Below, one piece after another: positions 58,566 to 64,000 of a DNA stretch of 64,000 nucleotides (position 1 is its first letter; each line of letters opens with the position of its first letter). The notes beneath the pieces were generated by a model. The model did no database searches, was not told the DNA's origin, and was given only the letters and a program-made list of their open reading frames with translations. The DNA lies in contig JAJTYI010000004.1 of assembly GCA_021463645.1 (NCBI GenBank), forward strand, positions 46,277 through 110,276. The letters are read 5' to 3'. Position numbers and translations under genes: made by a program. Source of the DNA: a bacterium (GTDB taxonomy: Bacteria > Patescibacteriota > Dojkabacteria > B142 > OLB20).

Positions 58566-59357
58566 TTATTGACCAACTGGATTTGTCTTCTTTGCGTTAT
58601 TAATAATTTCTAGTTTGCGCATCTTTATCCTTCTAAATTGCATAGCACTATAGGCAATAGTTAATGCTATAGGTAGTACAAAAAGCGATGGGAAGAAATA
58701 ATACATTAATAAAAGTTGCCTGAAAATCACAAAGATAGTTCCAGGTATTGAATCGCAATATGGGATAAACCCGACACTATGACAACCCGATAATGACAAA
58801 GGGGCGATGATATTGTAGATCAGCCCTGGTAAGAAGAGGATTAGTAAATCGTTGATAATTATTTTTATTTTCTCTTCAAGTGATAGTTTTGTCTTTTGAA
58901 TGATTGTAATTTCTTCAGGGGTTTTAATAATTTGCGATTTACGAATAGAGTTTTTGTACAAGATTGAAAAAACAACCGATGCCAATGTTGGTAATGCGAG
59001 CGGGAATGGTAGTAAATAATAATAAAAAGAAATTATAAAAAGAATGCTTAAGAAGTTCCCGGTAGAGTCACATTCTGGTAAAAAACTTGTAGATTCACAA
59101 TGATCTCCGGAAAATATTACACTTAATATACCCAAAAATGCTGGTAATAGAATTATTAGAATTAATATTTTCCTGTGTTTGCTTCGTTGCTCAGGTGTCA
59201 TTTGAATTTGGGGTTTGACGTCTTTCCCTTGAGTTGAATTTGTTGGAGGCTGATCTGGGGGTATTATTTCTCGCCCAGAGTCCGATAATTTATCCTTTAC
59301 GTTAGTATTAAAATCATTCTTTTGAGTATTAGATAACTGGATTTTTGTGGTATCCAC
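58566..59357 (-). CDS. hypothetical membrane protein with an internally duplicated Cys-pair module
   Basis: Two copies of TM-Cx8C-TM (HCESTSFLPEC and GCHSVGFIPYC), each followed by a YY(Y)-x-(L/F)-(L/F)-P motif; GTG start. Confidence 0.55.
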   Translation of the reverse strand: MDTTKIQLSNTQKNDFNTNVKDKLSDSGREIIPPDQPPTNSTQGKDVKPQIQMTPEQRSKHRKILILIILLPAFLGILSVIFSGDHCESTSFLPECDSTGNFLSILFIISFYYYLLPFPLALPTLASVVFSILYKNSIRKSQIIKTPEEITIIQKTKLSLEEKIKIIINDLLILFLPGLIYNIIAPLSLSGCHSVGFIPYCDSIPGTIFVIFRQLLLMYYFFPSLFVLPIALTIAYSAMQFRRIKMRKLEIINNAKKTNPVGQ

Positions 59358-59378
59358 TATTGAAATATGAAAGATTGA

Positions 59379-59915
59379 TTAATAAGGTTCCAACTCCCTG
59401 AAGTGACCTCTGGATTTCTTTTTTCTGTTTTTATAATACCAATATGTACCAACAATAAGACTTATGGGTAAACCGAAAGGTACTGGTAGTAAAAAGTAAT
59501 AATCCATGTTGTTTACGAAATCTGGTACACCTTCACATTGAAACATACTACAATTGCCTGTCTTGTAATGCTCGACTAAATAATCAATAAGTTGCCAAGG
59601 CAAAACGAAGTAAATTAAATATAAAGCAATAATAAATATATATTGTCGGGATACCACGTCTATGGATTTTCTACTTATAATAAGAGCGGAAACTAATGAT
59701 AATATTGTTGGTACGAGAAGAAAATATGGCCTAAAATAATATAAAAATAAATAACCACCAACCCCTTCTAGGGGTGAATCAATTTGAATTTGGAAATAAC
59801 TTAATAAAAGATATATTAATCCTGGAAATAAGAAGATTATAAGCGTCGTTATAATCACTTTTCTATTTAAAGGAGGAAGTTCAATTAAATTTTTTTTAAC
59901 CTCTGTATTTTTCAT
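59379..59915 (-). CDS. hypothetical membrane protein, single-module paralog of 58566-59357
   Basis: GNCSMFQCEGVPDFVNNMDYYFLLPVPFGLP matches the module of the neighbouring gene. Confidence 0.55.
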   Translation of the reverse strand: MKNTEVKKNLIELPPLNRKVIITTLIIFLFPGLIYLLLSYFQIQIDSPLEGVGGYLFLYYFRPYFLLVPTILSLVSALIISRKSIDVVSRQYIFIIALYLIYFVLPWQLIDYLVEHYKTGNCSMFQCEGVPDFVNNMDYYFLLPVPFGLPISLIVGTYWYYKNRKKKSRGHFRELEPY

Positions 59916-60205
59916 AAACAAAGAGTATATATATTAAATGTTAGTATTATAATACATATTAACTAGAAGACTTCAATTATTAATATTACTCAAGAGGTCT
60001 CCCGTTCTCTATTTTGATATTAGCTATAAAGATACTCTGAAAAATAATCTACAAGATTTAATTCACTAAATTTAAAATTCGACACTATCGCTAACTTTGT
60101 CTTCTCTATTACCTCCGATTTGATTTGGTAATTGAATTTTTCAAACAGGTATATCATGTGACAAAGAAAAAGTCTTTCGTTCCTAATATAAATTAGTCAT
60201 TTTAA

Positions 60206-60844
60206 ATGCTCCATAAAAACACAAATCTGACCCTCTACATAGTCCGCCATGGTGAAAGTGAAATTAATCTCGAGAGAAATTTAGTTGTAGGACAATCCCA
60301 TGAATCACCTCTCACTCCAAAGGGCGAAAAACAAGCTGCTAAATTAGGACTTACTTTAAAACGTAAGCGCATAAAATTTGATTTTGTCTATTCATCCTCC
60401 TCTATGAGGGCCTACCAGACAGCGCAGATTACCACAGAGAAAATTGGATTCGATCCTGATGAAATAAAGAAGGATGACAGGATTGTGGAATATAGTGTCG
60501 GAGATTGGGCAGGTGGAAAACGTGATGAAATCTATACCTCTGAAGTAACTAAATCTATGAATTTAATGGGTCCATATTTCACTCCTCCTAAAGGTGAGTC
60601 GTTGGTAATGGTGCAACGGAGAGTGATGCAATGGCTTTTTGATGAGATAATTTACAACGAAAACTATATCGGGAAGACTCTGGATATTGGCGTTTTTACT
60701 CACTCCATGATTATTAGAGTCCTTTTGCACTATATCATGGGGTTCAATGATCGCCTGATTTATAGAATTAAAATCAACAATACTGGCTTATCAATAGTGC
60801 GTTTTACTGAAGCGGGGTGGTATGTGGATGGGGTGAACTTATAA
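60206..60844 (+). CDS. histidine phosphatase (phosphoglycerate-mutase-like) family protein
   Basis: LYIVRHGESE catalytic RHG motif; a downstream His (FTHS). Confidence 0.8.
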   Translation: MLHKNTNLTLYIVRHGESEINLERNLVVGQSHESPLTPKGEKQAAKLGLTLKRKRIKFDFVYSSSSMRAYQTAQITTEKIGFDPDEIKKDDRIVEYSVGDWAGGKRDEIYTSEVTKSMNLMGPYFTPPKGESLVMVQRRVMQWLFDEIIYNENYIGKTLDIGVFTHSMIIRVLLHYIMGFNDRLIYRIKINNTGLSIVRFTEAGWYVDGVNL

Positions 60845-60948
60845 CTTTGTGTTGATTTCCCCTGATTTTCTTTATTAAGTTTCCTACCCTATATATAATT
60901 GATTTTGTATAAATTAAATAAATAGAAAATTTCTTATTAATCGATGCA

Positions 60949-61353
60949 TTGGAAAGAGAATTCTTAATTGACTTATTGTTTTCACTCATTTGTGGGCTTG
61001 TCATAGGTTTCGAACGTGAGAGAAGAAACAAACCAGCAGGAATTAGTACCCACACTTTAGTTATCGGAGCAGCTATGCTTTTTACATTTCTCTCAAGGAC
61101 AGTAAACGCAGGTGATCCCACCAGAATCGCAGCACAAATTGTATCTGGGGTAGGTTTTCTGGGAGCAGGGATAATATTAAAATCAGAAACAACAGGAAAA
61201 GTTACCAATCTAACTACAGCAGCAAGTGTATGGTATTCGGCAGCAATTGGAATGGCTCTGGGCTTTAACTATCATTTTATTGGATTGGTGGCGACCTTAT
61301 ACGTTGTGATTATTAACAGGATTCCAAACTTTAGGAGGGATAAGGATAAATAA
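60949..61353 (+). CDS. MgtC/SapB family membrane protein
   Basis: GLVIGFERERRNKPAGISTHTLV and QIVSGVGFLGAGIIL motifs; TTG start. Confidence 0.8.
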   Translation: MEREFLIDLLFSLICGLVIGFERERRNKPAGISTHTLVIGAAMLFTFLSRTVNAGDPTRIAAQIVSGVGFLGAGIILKSETTGKVTNLTTAASVWYSAAIGMALGFNYHFIGLVATLYVVIINRIPNFRRDKDK

Positions 61354-61373
61354 TAATTTATTAACTCTATTGC

Positions 61374-61808
61374 ATGGAATTAAAACGAGTTCCGTTTTTC
61401 AATTCGAACGACTTCAATAAATCGTTTAGTTTACGTGTTGCAATGTTAGTGCAGGTTTCTGATAAATATCTCATGATTGTTAATGAAAATGATACTCGAT
61501 TTAAACATCCAGGAGGGCATGTGAACTCCGAAGAATCGCTAATTGAAGCCATAATCAGAGAGGTTATGGAGGAGACTGGTATCGACTTGAAAAATGATGA
61601 TTTAATTCCTTTCAAATATGATCTGGTTAATATTGACGGAAATCTTATGATAACTGGTTACTCTAAAATTGAAATAGAACAGAAGGTAGCGGAGAGTGTT
61701 TTGGCTAACTCTCCTTTGAAATCGAGATTATTTAAAACAGAAGAGTTAAACGAGGATAATACGTATAACTCTGAGATCGAGGTTATCCAATTCTTTATCA
61801 GTAATTAG
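61374..61808 (+). CDS. NUDIX hydrolase
   Basis: Nudix box GGHVNSEESLIEAIIREVMEETGI. Confidence 0.7.
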   Translation: MELKRVPFFNSNDFNKSFSLRVAMLVQVSDKYLMIVNENDTRFKHPGGHVNSEESLIEAIIREVMEETGIDLKNDDLIPFKYDLVNIDGNLMITGYSKIEIEQKVAESVLANSPLKSRLFKTEELNEDNTYNSEIEVIQFFISN

Positions 61809-61906
61809 TAAAATTGTTTTTCTTAAACTAGACTTTCAGTAAATTATTGATTCTGACTATCACGAAAATGATAATTACCTTTGGACATTCTCGAAGATAA
61901 ACACAA

Positions 61907-62140
61907 TTAAATCCTAATTCTTTTCCATCTATCATCGACTTTTTTGTACTTGCTCTTTACTGCACTCCAAGCAACTTTTGCAGCGACCTCTTCCTTAGAC
62001 TCATTTGGATTTTTCCTTTTCGACTTCTCTTTATAAAATTCTTCCGCACTATTATACGTATCTTGGTAAATCTCTTGTGCATCAAGCGGTAAATTATTTC
62101 TAACACCTTTTGGTAGTTCTCTTTTGCTTTTGTAAGGCAT
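61907..62140 (-). CDS. ChaB-family protein
   Basis: MPYKSKRELPKGVRNNLPLDAQEIYQDTYNSA resembles ChaB N-termini; 77 aa. Confidence 0.7.
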   Translation of the reverse strand: MPYKSKRELPKGVRNNLPLDAQEIYQDTYNSAEEFYKEKSKRKNPNESKEEVAAKVAWSAVKSKYKKVDDRWKRIRI

Positions 62141-62220
62141 GATTAAATTTATAATATAATTAATAATAACCCCATTATGTTTAATATAATTTAAATTAAA
62201 GTAACAATTTTGTAATAAAC

Positions 62221-62742
62221 ATGATTGAGAAACATATACTCGGGAATTTCATTCCTAAGGATATAAAACACATAATATTGGGAAGCTTTTACTCAAAGGG
62301 TTTGGGGTTTAATCCCGGATACGATTGGTATTATGGGAGTAAGTACAATCAGTTGTGGAAGATTCTTGAGAAAGTCTATGAAGTTCCACTAAAAGATAAA
62401 GATTCAAAAATTAAACTATTTAATGATTTGAAGATTGGTTGTGGGGATATCATCGAAAGTTGCGAGAGAAAGCATAATAATAGTTCTGATTTAAACCTAA
62501 TAAACATAACTTACAATTACTCTATTGTTGAGATTTTAAACAAAAATAATTTATCAAAAGTGTTTTTCACGAGCGCATTTGTTGAACAAAGATTTAATAA
62601 ATTCTTTTTACCAAAACTTAAGCCTAGTTTAAGTACTGAGTTTGTGAAGTTACCCTCGCCCTCTCCTCGTTATGCAAGAATTTCTCTAGAAGAAAAAGTG
62701 AGGATTTATAAGCAGTTATTGCCTAAGATAGTCGTAAATTAA
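62221..62742 (+). CDS. uracil-DNA-glycosylase superfamily protein (family 6, hypoxanthine-DNA-glycosylase-like)
   Basis: ILGSF...WYYGSKYNQLWKIL and LPSPSPRYA motifs. Confidence 0.5.
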   Translation: MIEKHILGNFIPKDIKHIILGSFYSKGLGFNPGYDWYYGSKYNQLWKILEKVYEVPLKDKDSKIKLFNDLKIGCGDIIESCERKHNNSSDLNLINITYNYSIVEILNKNNLSKVFFTSAFVEQRFNKFFLPKLKPSLSTEFVKLPSPSPRYARISLEEKVRIYKQLLPKIVVN

Positions 62743-63309
62743 TTGCCAAGAATTTAACGAAATAACCTTTAATCCAGTTTCTTTGTTATAACGATTGAGC
62801 CAAATCAATTTCCCCTTGTATGTTTCAACATTGGTTCCGAAAGATGGAAGATGGTTATCAATGAAAATCCCATTTTCATCATATGAGTTGTTTAGATGTC
62901 TTAGCTTCCAAGCATCTTCAGAATTGCTTGGTTCAGGAAAAACTATTTTTTGGATGGGGAATTGATTCTTTTTTAACCATTCCTCTGTAATATCTTTAAG
63001 TTTTGGCATTCTTGAGGTCATGTAGAGCTTGACTGGAAAGTCCTGAGAAAGTTTCTCAATAACTTCTAGGGAATCCGGAACTCTTGGTAAATTAAGCAAA
63101 AATTCTTCGCTTTGCATTGTCTTTAACAAAAATTCTTGTGCTTCAATTGATTGCCACTCTGGAACGTTTCCCGGTTGTTCATATTTGGTTAGTAATTCCC
63201 ACACCGGGTCTGGATGTTTAAATTTCTCACGCATTATGGACATAGCAGCAGAAGCTGTCTCTGCTAATGTATCGTCAATGTCTAGAATTAATTCGTTTGA
63301 ATTTGCCAT
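62716..63309 (-). CDS. HAD-like hydrolase (deoxyribonucleotidase-like)
   Basis: LILDIDDTLAE DxDxT motif. Confidence 0.45.
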   Translation of the reverse strand: MANSNELILDIDDTLAETASAAMSIMREKFKHPDPVWELLTKYEQPGNVPEWQSIEAQEFLLKTMQSEEFLLNLPRVPDSLEVIEKLSQDFPVKLYMTSRMPKLKDITEEWLKKNQFPIQKIVFPEPSNSEDAWKLRHLNNSYDENGIFIDNHLPSFGTNVETYKGKLIWLNRYNKETGLKVISLNSWQLIYDYLRQ

Positions 63310-64000
63310 TAAGAGCCAATAATTTTACCTGCTAAATCTAAATAATCTTTAGTCATTTTTGTGTGTGAGAAATATTTCTCCACATGACTTCTACATGCTT
63401 CAGGATCAATTTTATCTACATCGTCCATTCGTGCTTGCATTTCTTCAAGTGTGTCTACTAAGTAACCAGTCTTTCCGTCCACTACTAATTCTGGCATAGA
63501 TCCACGTCTATTTACAATAACTGGAGTGCCACATGCCATCGCCTCCACAACAGCCAGACCGAAAGGTTCTTCCCAATTCAACCAGAGCAGCAGTCCTTTC
63601 GCATTTTTTAGTAGTTTGTTTTTGCCTTTGTGATCGACTTCCCCGATGAATTTAATTTGCTTGCCATCAATCAAAGGAGCAATCTCTTCATCATAATATT
63701 TTTTATCAACAGTATCTACTTTCGCAGCGATTACGAGCTTATGTTTTGTCTTTTTAATCGTTTCGCAAATCTCTTTTATGCCTTTTTCGGGGGATACTCT
63801 TCCTAAAAAAGCGAAATACTTCCTGTCTTCCTTTTCCCCAACTTCGAACTTACTCACATCGATACCGTTGTAAATCGTTTTGACCCAGTTTAAATCCGGC
63901 ATGGCTTTCCTTTGATTGTCCGAAATAGAAATATAATTATGTTCTGGGTGGTCCGCATACGTGTACCTTTCGTGAATTGAGGTTATGGGTCCGTGTATTG
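63309..64000 (-). CDS. family 1/4 (GT-B) glycosyltransferase, 5' end beyond the window
   Basis: EPFGLAVVEAMACGTPVIV motif; the reading frame stays open from 63902 to the window edge (…HERYTYADHPEHNYISISDNQRKAMPDLNW…). Confidence 0.8.
   Translation of the reverse strand, partial: IHGPITSIHERYTYADHPEHNYISISDNQRKAMPDLNWVKTIYNGIDVSKFEVGEKEDRKYFAFLGRVSPEKGIKEICETIKKTKHKLVIAAKVDTVDKKYYDEEIAPLIDGKQIKFIGEVDHKGKNKLLKNAKGLLLWLNWEEPFGLAVVEAMACGTPVIVNRRGSMPELVVDGKTGYLVDTLEEMQARMDDVDKIDPEACRSHVEKYFSHTKMTKDYLDLAGKIIGS

Noticed and set aside
60804-61208. 134-aa minus-strand ORF
   Set aside because: It is antisense to the well-supported MgtC/SapB gene.
1-64000. CRISPR arrays, transposases/IS elements, prophage genes, known defence systems, rRNA, tmRNA/RNase P/SRP RNA
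   Set aside because: I noticed no regularly spaced direct repeats, no DDE, integrase or RT motifs, and no characteristic conserved RNA cores when reading intergenic regions. Absence is by eye only and should be confirmed with Infernal or PADLOC/DefenseFinder-type tools.

Overview
AT-rich, gene-dense bacterial chromosomal window with about 75 supportable protein genes on both strands, short spacers and frequent 4-26 nt gene overlaps. The standard genetic code is in use: TGA, TAA and TAG all terminate long homology-supported ORFs. By inference only, the content fits a reduced-genome, Patescibacteria/CPR-like organism. It has a split transketolase, salvage-type nucleotide genes (purA, purB, upp, an IMPDH/GMP-reductase-like gene), several GT-C membrane glycosyltransferases, sortase-type surface proteins and many orphan small or membrane proteins. 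Recognisable blocks are: an envelope glycosylation cluster (13.1-20.2 kb); a 915-aa LPATG-anchored adhesin (21.3-24.1 kb); a NitT/TauT-type ABC transporter operon with upp and a PPC-domain gene (32.3-36.9 kb); typA; a DEAD-box helicase; two two-component loci; purA-purB; and divergent glnA and GCS2-type ligase genes. I saw no rRNA, CRISPR array, transposase, integrase, reverse transcriptase or recognisable defence gene. The most unusual signals are non-coding. (1) tRNA-Arg(UCU) is preceded by an exact tandem copy of its own 5' half, and that copy carries a 124-nt highly structured insert in the anticodon loop. (2) tRNA-Asp is flanked by fragments of itself that are likewise interrupted by hairpins. 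(3) A promoter, leader and intrinsic terminator sit immediately upstream of the ABC operon. (4) Three CUCCC/GGGAG hairpins, two of them with U-tracts, lie between glnA and the GCS2 ligase gene. Two coding oddities stand out. A 70-aa free-standing DHp (HisKA-like) mini-protein is wedged between a PAS histidine kinase and two response regulators. An FGE-sulfatase (C-type-lectin fold) surface-protein gene is broken by two in-frame stops. All functional calls come from reading motifs by eye, with no database search.
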